Source: Camelus dromedarius (Eukaryota). From it: DNA of 64,000 nucleotides. The notes under the pieces were generated by a model. The model was not told the origin of the DNA and did not search any database. It worked only from the letters and a program-made list of their open reading frames with translations. The stretch lies in the NCBI RefSeq assembly GCF_036321535.1, contig NC_087436.1, forward strand, positions 101,248,001 to 101,312,000, in the 5' to 3' direction. A program made the position numbers and the translations under genes. This document shows, one piece after another, positions 40,010 to 51,552 of this stretch; the first letter of the stretch is position 1; the number at the start of each line of letters is the position of its first letter.

Positions 40010-41030
40010 TTAGGCTCTTGCCCCATCACTTCACATAACTGTTCTTTTCAAGGTCACAATAGCTTCCAAATTGCTAAAGCTGGTAGGTAAATCTCAGACT
40101 CTTTTTATGTAATCTAGCAGCATCCTTTGGTACATTTGATCACACCAGCCTTTTTGAACACATTAATTTCTTGGCTGTCAGCATATCACACACTATTCGT
40201 TTTCCTCCTAAAAACTAAGCCTTGCTTCCTTGTTCATTTTCTTCTCCTGGATTTCTTAGAATTGGAGTGACTTTGTCATCTTTTCTGGTTAGTCACCAAT
40301 TTGTTGATTTCATGCAATCTGAAGGTTTTAAATAAGTTATAGGCTCATAAACTCCTTTTTTTTTTTTTTTAATTCCTCCTCCTTTCTCCCAAACTTGACA
40401 TCTACATGTGGATGTCTGGTTGCCATCTCATACTTGTATGCTAAGTGGAACTCAGTCTTCTCCCTGAACCTGCTGTGCCCACAATCTTCCCTACTCAGTT
40501 AATGACAACTTCCAGTTGCAAGTTAGAAGCTAGAGTTTGACTCTAACTTCGACTTTTATTTCTCTCACATCCCGTATGAAACCCACTCGGAGACCTTGTG
40601 TCTCATCTTCAGTACACATCTGACCCCATCTCTGTGCCTCCATATCCATCACCCTGGTCTAAGGGGTCACTTTCTCACTTTGATGGCAGTATCCTTCTAA
40701 GCTGTCTCCTTACTAACACCCTTTGTCCATTTCATCTAGTCATAGCAGCTACAGTGATTCTTTTAAAATGAAAGATCACATTACTTCTTTGCTCAAAACT
40801 CTTCCTTTACTCTAAAAGCCAAATTCATTACAGTAGCCTACAGAGCCCAACAGAATTTTACTCCTTCTCCCCTCTCTGTGGTTGGCAACTTCCCAGCTTG
40901 CATACCTTGCTCCATTCACACTGGCCTCCTTGCTCTTCCATGGATGTGTCAGACACATTCCCACTTTTTGCCTTGGCTGTTACTTGTGCCTCAAATTCCC
41001 TTGGCCAGATGTCTGCATTCCTCTCTCCCT
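40010..41030 (+). mobile_element. LINE-2 fragment
   Basis: caaggtcacaatagcttccaaattgctaaa...gcagcatcctttgg..tttgatcac (RT remnant); cagtgattcttttaaaatg..gatcac; ctggcctccttgct. Confidence 0.8.
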
Positions 41031-41039
41031 GTGGCAGAT

Positions 41040-42360
41040 TGTAATGGTTGTCAAATGTTTCTTGCTTTAAGAAAAAGGTATTTTGCTACCCCATTTGGAT
41101 ACATGAGTTGATTTGGGTAATGAAATGAACAGAGTGATATGTGCCGCTCCGAAGCAAAAGCTTTAAAGCTATTGTAGAATATTTTTTCCCTCTGCTATGA
41201 GATCTGTATGATCCAGATAGAGGCAGCTCCTTCAGCTTAGACCCTGGTGTGAAACAACAGAGAGCAGAAACACAGCTGACCCATGAGATACATAAAACAC
41301 AAGAGAGAAATATTGTTGTCAGAAGTCCCTGTAAAATGGGGATTTTTGTTCCTGTATTATACTTAACAGAACCAAATACAGAAATTAGTACCAAGAATTG
41401 GGTGCCGATTAAACAAACACAAAAAGGCCTCATATTGACTTTCCCTGTTGATAGTGGATACCTAGGGGACTGTTACTGGAGTCCCAACAAATGACTACAG
41501 TGTTATGCAGTGGTGAATGAGAAAGAGAATATTGCGAGAGTGCCTAGTTGAGATGGTCTGCTTTGAACAGGCACTATAAGAAAGACATTAAATCAGAAAA
41601 TAATTGGCCACCAAGTAAGCAAAAATAAATGGGGATATAGAAAGCTCAGAAATTCCCAAAGCTTCCAGGAATGGAAGCTGGAGCTGCTTCTCTTTTCCAA
41701 CAGATAAAAAATAAAACTGAGGTAGCCTTTGAAAACAAAGGCTAATTCAAACCCACTCTCTTCTGAAAGTAGTTTAGAATCATGACCGTAAAACCTTTTG
41801 TTAAAGTCTCCAAATTAATTAAGATAGTGCTTTGTGAAAACCTTAAGTTAGACCAAATAGCTCAAGGGAAAAATAATAAAGGAATGGCTTCCCCAATAAG
41901 GCTTGGTAAGTTCCAGTTACCTACAATTAAGTCTGGAAAAAAGAGTAATTTGTGGGTGAGCTACTAGCATATGAATTGAGTAACGAGAAAAGCAAGGCAG
42001 GCTTTTGAAAGAGTTGTGCTACCAAGGGATCGTTAGTCTGGTTTTAAAACACTGTGATTCCTTAAGTCTTAACTTTGGGCCCCAACCTTCCAGAGACAGA
42101 AAGGAGGATGAGAAAGCTGTGTGGTTCTCAGGGAGGATATTTTTTCCAGTGTCCTCTTCAGATGAGAGGAGGAAAATAGAAAAGGAAGGATCTCCCAGAG
42201 GGAGAAACAAGTACCAAAAGAACAATGGACTAGGATTTTCTTCAAGGGAAGGAAGCAGGGCCTAATTGGTGAACATTCTATTCCTCTAGGGTAGGGTCCT
42301 TTGCAGTTTCTCCCTGGGGAGATTTTGGTGTTGCACAGGTCAGTGAGATACTCTAAGAAA
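41040..42360 (+). mobile_element. MLT1 LTR (~41040-41380) followed by MLT1-int
   Basis: LTR end ccaaataca followed by gaaattagtaccaagaa..gggtgc (MaLR internal start). Confidence 0.65.
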
Positions 42361-44455
42361 CTGGGTTAAGTGGAAGAAGTGTGCAAGTCCTGTAAGTGTA
42401 AACTGTCCTTACTTTACCTGGTAAACCATGCTATATTATTTTTTCTTGGCTAATATATAACACATATACTGACTTTATTTCTGTAATTTAATGGAAGTTA
42501 CCTAACTAAAATTGGCTGTTTAAGTAAATTATTAACATAATACAACATTTATTGCATCAGTTTTATTTGGGGAAGTGTAGTATGTCATACTACCTTTGTC
42601 ACAACTAAACTTCATTAATGCAGGCTCCATCTCCATGGTGTCTGTAATGCTTTTAGCAGTTGTCATTTAGTTTACTGTTGCTTATGTCAATCTTCTTATT
42701 TTTCTATAGATTTGTATAATATTAATACTCCACTATTTTGTAGAGAATCTCCATTAGTAGAGAATTTTTAAAACAAAAATAACTTATTGAACATCCGTTA
42801 ATGATGATGAAGATGACAGTAACCATTTATCCACCCATAATATGACCAACCAATAGTTTATCACTGATAATTGTACCTATGCTGAAGATTTAATATTTGT
42901 AAACATTAAAATATTTAATATTTAATTTATCATCACTGAATAATACATAGATAGCATTGCTTATAATTTTAATGGAGGCAGCAATGCTTCATTTTTAAAA
43001 GGAGTGTTATAATTCAGATTTTGTTAATTTAGGTTAATCAGCATCAGTCAAAGTGAGTAAGATAATGTAACTATAATGACATTTCTTAGAATAAAATAAG
43101 AGTCTTAGAACAAGGCAGATGTTGGATGCTCTCCTTACCAATTTCTTTTTCTCTCGCTCTATATATGCACACATATGAATGTTACCCAAAGCATGCACAC
43201 ATATATGCATATGTATATGCATGTGTATGTATAAATTTACTTGGGAGGTGATAATCTCACAGAAAGAATAAAAGAATAATTCACGTAGTATTTTTATATA
43301 AGCTATATATATGTAATAAATATATGTACATATCTTTAAACTATATACAGAATACATTAAAATACATTAGCCTAAGTACAAATTCTACTGCTGCTATTGA
43401 ACACTACTGCAAGTCCTGCTGGGACTACCTAGTATTTATTGGGCATTTTTTTCTACATATCTAGCACTGTGCTAAACACATTACATCTATCATCATGTAA
43501 AATCCTCACCACAACACTCTGAGTAAGGTATCAACATACTCTCCGTCACACACATAAGAAAACTGAGACTGAGCGTTCCAGTGACCAAGTTCATGCAACT
43601 ATTAAGTGGCTGTGTTCAAATTTGAACTCATGCTGTCTCGAGGCTATACGTTATGATTTGTCCATGTCTTTCCTTCTGGAGATACAAGGTCTCAAATTAC
43701 TGCCTTAGAAGTTTGACTGACCTCCGGAGTATCTAGCATCTATGATGCCTTCCATGAGAGAGTGAAACAAACACCCTTGAAAATCCAAGAAGAGCCTGGC
43801 ATGTGCTAGCCATTCAGTTATTATTTAGTAAACAAAGAAGTAAATGAGTGGGGTTATGAACCAGTCTGAGAACAGCAAAATTTAATAATTTTTTAAGTCA
43901 AGTTTGATTAGAAAACTGTACCTTAATAAATGTCTTAAGAAATAATTGAATTCAAAATATTTATTACGTATGCCTTTCAACTTATTGTTGTCAGTTATTA
44001 TATTCTACTGTTAAGTATCTTAGAAGTCTGTGGGTTTTGTTTCCAATAGCTTCTTTGCAGAACTTGGGCTTACATTACAAATAAACCTTAGAAAAGAGTA
44101 ACATGCTGCAGAAAAAAAAAAATGTTCATTTTGCGGAGAACAACCTGACAAGTTAGAGGTCTTTCTCTAGATATTGGGCTTCATTAAATCAAGGGTAATC
44201 TCACAGTCTAATGCTTGACAATTTGCATCTTTCATATTTAATTTGAATTTTTCTGCACCATCTATTTGTACTGGTGTATAGTTACCCGATTTTCTGTTAA
44301 ATGAAAAGTGTGAGCTTTTAGTTCCCAGTTCCAAAGATCAGGCATTATGTTCTTTTCTAACACAAATCTTGAGGTGTCAACATTTTTCAGGCTGATTAAG
44401 CCCCTTGTCACACAACTAAGTAGTAAAACATAGCCTGGTCGTATGAGTTACTTAC

Positions 44456-44476
44456 AGCATGTTTGCAGTGAAGTAC
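44456..44476 (-). pseudogene. Candidate pseudo-exon (21 nt, phase 1-1; GTSLQTC)
   Basis: ttttttttcctccctcaaag| ... |gtaagt; phase fits the preceding exon 45554-45672. Confidence 0.4.
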
Positions 44477-45553
44477 CTTTGAGGGAGGAAAAAAAAAATT
44501 GTACATTTTTACAGGGTGCAGCCTTCATTTGTATTCCTCCAGACTACATTTAAAGTTAAAAGTTGATAAAAATTTAAAGTTTTACAAGCATTGCTTCCTA
44601 CAGGCTTAAAAGCCTAGCTGACATTTATGAACAAATAAATTTATCATAGAGTGAATATATTTTTTGAACACTGAACATGTATTCCCCAACCTAAAAACAT
44701 CTGCCAGGCATGAATGACAAGAATGTTTTTAGTTTTAAAGACAATCTATAATTTAGTTTTATTCCGTAAAAAAGTGAACAAACTGGTATGTTGGGATTAC
44801 TTAAAGGTTGACATTTATTTCATCAGTAACTAAGCTTTTCCATAGGTACTTAACAAAGAATAGGAGCATATTGTAGCTTTCTGGAATTAGAAAAATATTC
44901 AGATATGTAAGTAGGGCCAAGACTACACCATGAAAATATTTTTGTAAATTAGATAACTTGTTGGGCAATCATTCATATACCAAACATCCAAGCAGACAAC
45001 TCATTTGCCTCTGGGTTCTATGAAGTAAAGACCAACTATACCTTTTTGAAAAGGAAATTCTAAACCCCAAATATCTGAAAATTCCAAGGCCCATGTAACT
45101 GGACAAAAAGATTGATCAGTTTGTCAACAAATCCATGACCTAAGCTTTTCCCTTTCCTCCATGCTTCTTTGTCTCCTTTATTCACTGGTCAAGACTGGTA
45201 ATAAATGTTTACTTTTGTCATTTCTTCGAATCCATAAACTCATAGAAATCTGAGCCTTGGATGGAGATTTTTATTTTTCATTCTGAATCTCCCTGGAAAG
45301 CTAAGAAATGGACTTTTTGTAAGCACACTGGGAAGAAGGTAATAAATTTGTTCAGGATTCTGGAGTGTGAGGGGATGTTGAGAGAGCCATTGAAAGCACA
45401 AGGACATGAGGGCATTAAATGGGACTCCAGTGGCCTGAATTTGTTGACACATCTCACCACACAACAGAGATTTACTACTGGAGAGAGAACAAAAGATGAG
45501 GAAGGAATGGAGATTGCCATTCAAGAGGGAGAACACTTTTCTTTTTCCCTTAC

Positions 45554-45672
45554 CTGACATATCATGTGCTTAACGTGTGGTGTTTCTCCTATAGCAGTTG
45601 GTAGCATCTACATGCATTGTAGCGAATGCAGATGGTTTTCTGCTGAGAATCCAGTAAGCCCAGGAGGTCACC
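45554..45672 (-). pseudogene. Pseudo-exon H (119 nt, phase 2-1; one stop)
   Basis: ttattcccag| ... CAG|gtaagg; (W)VTSWAYWILSRKPSAFATMHVDATNCYRRNTTR*AHDMS. Confidence 0.5.
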
Positions 45673-45829
45673 CTGGGAATAACTAAGGTCTTAAACTACA
45701 TCGTTGTGAATGCTATAATTTTTAAATCAAGGCCTTATTATTTAGTACCTTAACATATTTCTCAATAGTTAAAACATATGTGCTCTTGACCCACTTAGGA
45801 AAAAAAGAAAAGAAAAACTCAACACTCAC

Positions 45830-45868
45830 CAGTAAAGCAAAGGCTAGGAGCATAAATGATTGAAGTGT
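45830..45868 (-). pseudogene. Pseudo-exon G (39 nt, phase 2-2; one stop)
   Basis: gtttttacag| ... CTG|gtgagt; (R)HFNHLCS*PLLY. Confidence 0.55.
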
Positions 45869-45959
45869 CTGTAAAAACACCTTCCCAGGAGAACAGCCTG
45901 CTATTGAAGTTCAGATCAGCAAATATACTTGCCTCATTATTTTTGCATGCCTCACATAC

Positions 45960-46020
45960 CTGCTGCTTTTCCAAACTTCTGGCATGTTACTTTCTATCTT
46001 TACAAACACTGTGCTCTCAT
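45960..46020 (-). pseudogene. Pseudo-exon F (61 nt, phase 1-2, open)
   Basis: ataccag| ... CAG|gtatgt; (Y)ESTVFVKIESNMPEVWKSS. Confidence 0.55.
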
Positions 46021-46141
46021 CTGGTATTTTAAAAAATGAAGGAATCCAAAAACCCTTGAAGAGATAGGATATTTTAAAATGTATCACTGGACAAACTATT
46101 GAACTATATTTTAAAGATTTGCAAAAGTTGGCCCCACTCAC

Positions 46142-46250
46142 ATTCAAATAAAGTATTCATCTTGTTTTTTAAAACAGTGGTGCCAACTAATAAGAATGTA
46201 TGCACTAGTAGAGTGGCACTTTGGTTAACAGTCTCATAGTTGGACTTGAA
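46142..46250 (-). pseudogene. Pseudo-exon E (109 nt, phase 0-1, open; RGS-like FK...A..L...FL)
   Basis: ttctcttgcctccag| ... |gtgagt; FKSNYETVNQSATLLVHTFLLVGTTVLKNKMNTLFE; the other two frames contain multiple stops. Confidence 0.6.
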
Positions 46251-47054
46251 CTGGAGGCAAGAGAAATTAAGGACACTGAGTATTGCAGAATGCAATTACT
46301 TCGAATTTATAATAACTCGTATTTTTTGAGATAATTTATTGCTATCAGTTATAGGTAGGTGATTTAAAAGTTGTCAGAGAAAGTGTATCCCAAATGAAAA
46401 TCATTATTTAATGGTATCTAAAATATGTATTTTAAAACATTTATGTGTTCATTTCTTAAGTATATCTTTTTCTAATATCTATAATAGAAATGGCACTATG
46501 TGAGCACTTTGCATGGATATAAGGATGGTTAAATATTTTTCTTGTAGATTGACTTCTTTCCAAGGTTGTATTAGTAAATAGAAACACATTTTAAATAAGT
46601 ATAGAGTTATTTCAGAATATAGATATCAAAACTAAAGCAAACTATATGATGCTAAGCTTATCAATTTCGTACAGTTAAACACCAAACAGATACATTTTAA
46701 TGATTCCAGGTAGTGATGAGGGTTATGCAGGAGTCTAAGGAGATGGAGATTAAAGGGATGGAGAGAAGAAAAACCTGGGAGAGGTTGTGAGATAGATTTG
46801 TTAGAGACAGTGGAGCAGATACCTAAGTAACTGGGGAGGGAGCCATATAAAGATCTGGGAGAAGACTAGAAAGAAAGCACAATGTCACAAAATGCAGAAG
46901 CACTGAGATGGAAACCAGCGTGGTGGTGTTTGAGAAGCAGTAAAGATTGAGTGGAGAGTGGTTGCTGTGAGTGGAGGATGTAGGCAGGGGCAAAGTCGTG
47001 TAAAATGATGTGGGCCTGAGTCATGCTGAGAAGTGCACTTTTTAATCGATTTTC

Positions 47055-47492
47055 AATAATCCAGAAATAGCAAAATTAAAGCCACCAGATCAATAAAATA
47101 GTATTTAGTAACAGTTTATTATGCATATAAGAGCAGTTCAGGAACTGGGAGCTTTAAAATTCAAAACTCATCTTTGAAGCTCAGAGACATGACGTTACAG
47201 GATGAGTTATAAAGTGAAAATGAAAATGAGGAAGTTGTTTAACCTTTACAGTGATTGGATAATACAGTGGGGATACCAGATGGCGAGGGATTGGCTAAAA
47301 GTGATTATCTTACACCATTTTTAGGAGGATGACTTAAATTTCTTTTGATAATCAGCGGCATGTATAAGAACCCAAGTTTCACTTAAGTTCATCAAAAGTG
47401 CTAGATTTAGTTTTGCTCACATGGCTTACATGGTTTTGTCTGATCAAGGAATTTTCAAGTCTGATCTCTATTTGGTGTTTTACTTTAATACA
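47055..47492 (-). mobile_element. Probable ERV1-type solo LTR
   Basis: tttatt poly(A) signal on the minus strand near 47116, gattgg CCAAT motifs, LTR-like tttggtgttttactttaata end. Confidence 0.5.
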
Positions 47493-47739
47493 CTGCATAA
47501 TGAAAAGCTGTTGAATGGTTTTGGGCAGAGGTGTGAGTGTACAACAGTGCGAGTTAAACAGGCAGGTGCAATCCCAGTCTGTCTGTCACCAGCAATGATC
47601 TTGGGTACGTCACTCATTTTTCTTATCTGTGAAATGGAAAAGTAAATGTAACCCTTGTAGTAGGTCATTGTGAAAAATAAATGACCTAATATATGTAAAG
47701 TATTAATTATTCATATTTAAGAGAGTTCACTCTTGTTAC

Positions 47740-48530
47740 TTGTGGAAAACAGGCCATCAGAAGGCAAGTAAGAAACAAGAAGGCATTTAGGAGGCAACAG
47801 CATAGAGAGGTCCATTCTAGAGACAAAAAAGTTCTTGTCCAATGTTTAATAGGTTAGAAGTGATGAAAAGTGACCAGATTTAGCCTATATTATGACAGAA
47901 CACCTGAGAGAGGATTGAGATGGATTAAATGTGAATTCTAAGAGAAGAAGCAGAGATGATAACACAACAACTGCCTCAACAGTTGTAGCAACTGCTGATG
48001 CTGAGATAGGAAGGATTGTTGGAAGGTTGAGTTGGGGTGGGATGGGAGAGAATCTAGAGCCTTGCTGAATGTCTTAGGTTTATGCTCTTTGTTAGACATT
48101 TATTTGGAGATACTAGGCAGAAAGTTAGATATACAAATTTAGTGGGGCTGTGCATGACTATAGGTGTAAATTTCAGAGTCACAATTTACAGATGATATTG
48201 AAAGCCTTGGGAGTGAACAAGTGTGTTCAGGCAGAGAAGAGAGTAATGACAAGGACTGAAGGACTGGGATACTACGAAAGTTAGGAAGTGGAACGAAAAA
48301 AGAGTTGCCAGACAATTAGGGAGAGCCCAGGAGACTGTGGTACTGTGAGAGACAAGTGGAAAAAATATTTGAAGGGGTGGAATGAAGAATGACAATTAAT
48401 GACTCACTTTGGCATGATATAGGTCAATGGCCACTTGACCAGAGCAGTAACCGTGACCAGAGCAGTTTAAGAGAAAATAAGATGAAAGTCCCAGGGTCAG
48501 TCAAGAAGAGCTGGGAGATCAAGACGTGAA
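47740..48530 (-). mobile_element. LINE-2 fragment
   Basis: tggagatactaggcagaaagttagatata...gatgatattgaaagccttgggagtg...gaccagagcagtt, typical antisense L2. Confidence 0.7.
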
Positions 48531-49602
48531 AATGCATTAATGAGTTAAAACAAAGTTCATAGAGGAGCTAGAAGACAGTGAAACTGAATATTTAATTCAG
48601 TCAGTGATAACTTTCAAAGCTTTGAAATGTTAATAGAAAATACAATGAAAATATTGAAAAACTTGAATATATACATAATAAAAACTCTGTAAAAAGTGAA
48701 TAATGAAATAAAAAATAATAAATGAAAACATTGTTTGAATCAATATGACAAACAAAACATCTGTGATAATTATTTATAGGTAAAAACATTAAGCTAAACA
48801 TGCATAGATTATAACATGCAGAAAGAACTCATACCAGAGGAAGTACAGATGAGCAGGATGGGTCAACTTTAAGTTAAAAATATTAGTAACCATTTTTTAA
48901 AGAAAACAGATGACAAATAATACATTTAATACTAGTACATTATACATTAGTTAAATTATTGTTACTTGGAACAAATCTTTTAGAATATATGAAAAATCAT
49001 GTATTCAGGGCCCCTTAAAAATGGTTCCTTAATTTCACCTGCTGATTCTATTCAAATAAATATATTCCAAAAACAATTTTAAAAATTAAAACAAAACTCT
49101 AGGATAATTAGGACAACTGCTATTCATTAAGCACTTAATATGGTATATACGTTATGATTAAGATAATCTACAAATATTTGAAGCTTAAGTCATAAAAGTA
49201 CTTAGCATAGTATCTGACCCATAACTATTCATTGTTAATTGTTGTTGTTATTAATAGTTATGCACATGGACAAAGGATGGAAAAGAAGCTGTGGAAATGA
49301 ATAATTGTTCTTGTTTTATTACATTTTCTTTAATATTGTTGTTTGTGTGTGTCCATGTATATATTTTAATTAGAGAATAATTCATGGTTTTTTTTTTAAT
49401 TCAGAGGTCTACAGTTTAATGCAAATGTGTATCTGTCCCCTATTAGACTCTAACCTCCATGACTGTAGTCACCTTGACTGTTTTGTCCTCATGGAATATT
49501 CAGTGTTAGGCACAAAACATTCCAGCTAAATGTTGCTGAATCAATGGAAAAGGAAGATGGGGAGGGAAGGGAAAGAAGAAAGGAGGGAGGGAAAGAAAGA
49601 AG

Positions 49603-50022
49603 TGTATTAGCTTCCTAGGGCTGCCATAACAACATACCACAAATTGGGTGGCTTAAAATAATAGAAATGTATTATTTCACAGTTCTGAAGGCTAGAAGTC
49701 CATGATCAAGGTGTCAGCAGGATTGATCCTTTCAAGTGAGAATCTGTCCCATGCCTCTCTCCTACTTTCTGACAACCCAGCATCCCTCAGATGTAGATGT
49801 ATCATTCCATTCCTCCATCTTCACATGTGTCTCTGTCTGCATACACATGGCTGTTTTCCCATAAGGGTACCAGTCATAATGGATTAAGTGCTCACTCTGC
49901 TGCACTGTATACTCAACTAATTTGTAAGAACTCTATTTCCAACTAAGGTCATATTCTGAGGTATTGGGGGTTAGGACTTCAACATACCTTTCTTTGAGGG
50001 GGACAAAATTCAACCCAAAGCA
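49603..50022 (-). mobile_element. MLT1B/C-type LTR
   Basis: tgtattagcttcctagggctgccataacaacataccacaaattgggtggcttaaaa...gggggttaggacttcaacata. Confidence 0.88.
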
Positions 50023-51164
50023 GTGTGTTAGGATGGGACATAGAGGGACAGCTTATGAAAAGTCCTGTATAGGATGCTAAGTAGTTTGGGTTTTATTCTA
50101 AATGACTGGAAAGGCAATGAAAATATTTTAAGTGACGTGAGTAGAATTAATATTTTTGTAAAGATAATCCTAGTAGCTATGTGGTAAATGGGTTTTAGAA
50201 GGACAGAGAAAGAGGATGAGTATAAGGTAGTGGACTTAAAGGCAGGAGCATAAATTCACGACAGCTACTACAGTAAGTCAGGAAAGAATATATGATTACC
50301 TGAATTTGAATAATAACAAAGAAGCTGGGGAAAAAAATCCTATCACGCTTTTCCACTACCGCTGTCATCCTCTCTAGAATTTTGTCATGTTCCTAGAAAG
50401 AGCTTTAAACCTCTTTAAATATCAGTAGGATAATTAGCCTCTTAACTGGATCTACCAACTTCATGCCCTTCTTCACTCTAATCCCACATACATTACTTCT
50501 AAAACATTACTACTAATTACAGTTCTTTAATGATGATACTATTCTATATTCTTTGACTATAGAATGTATTACTCAGCTCAGCCTAGTATTGGTTTAAGTT
50601 GCTTTTGGCTGCAAGGAACATTATACTTATCTCAATTTGTCCTAGCTAATGAAAAATTTACTATCTTAATTAATAGGGAGTCAGATGTAGAACAGATAAC
50701 CAGGGGAGGTTGATTAAGTAGGTCAGTGGCATCATCATCTTGCTCTTCTGTCAGGAATCCCTTTGTCCTCTGGCTGGTAATAAAATGCCTGCTGTGGTCC
50801 CAGACTCATATACAAACAAGACAACATAAGAAGGAAGAAAGTAACTATCTCTGCCTCTGTTCTCTCTTATGGATAAGAAAACTGTCCCCAGAAGCATCCC
50901 TACTACCTCATGTCTCTTTGGCCAAAAATGACTTAAGATTGCCTATCCATAAGTTGACCATTGGCAAGCAAGAGGCATCAGATTACCATGATTAGTTAAG
51001 ATTAATCATTTGAAGTAGAATGTAGGTTGAGTAGTCAAGATACTGGCCTACTTTATCTGTATTGTATGTATTAATTCACTAAACTTATTTATATTATTAA
51101 CTCCAACATGTATATCCAGCTTTATCTTCCATCACTTGGTATTTATGCTGCATAACAATAAAAT

Positions 51165-51552
51165 ATCTGTTCACTATGGCTGCCATAACAATATACCTGG
51201 TGGCTTAAACAACAGAAATTTATTTTCTCACAGTTCCGGAGGCTAAAAGTCCAAGATCAAGCTGTCGTCATGGATGGTTTCTCTCCCTGGCCTGTAGGTA
51301 ACCATCTTCTCACTGTGCACTTGCATGGCCTTTTTTCTCTGTGTGTGCATCCCTTGTGTCTCTCTGTGTGTCCAAATTTCCTCTTCTTCTAAGGACATGG
51401 GTCAGATTGAATTAGGACCGCCCTAACAGCTTCATGCTAACTTAATTACCTCTTTAATAGCTCTAGCTCCAAATACAGTTATGTTTTGAGGTGCAGGAGA
51501 CTAGGCCTTCAACATACAAATTTTGAAGGGACATTGCTCAATCCATAGCACT
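51165..51552 (-). mobile_element. MLT1A-type LTR
   Basis: ggctgccataaca...ggcttaaacaacagaaatttattttctcacagttc...aggacatgggtcagattgaattagg...caatccatagca. Confidence 0.88.

Noticed and set aside
45261..45557. 98-aa plus-strand ORF
   Set aside because: No splice context or recognisable domain; likely a chance ORF.
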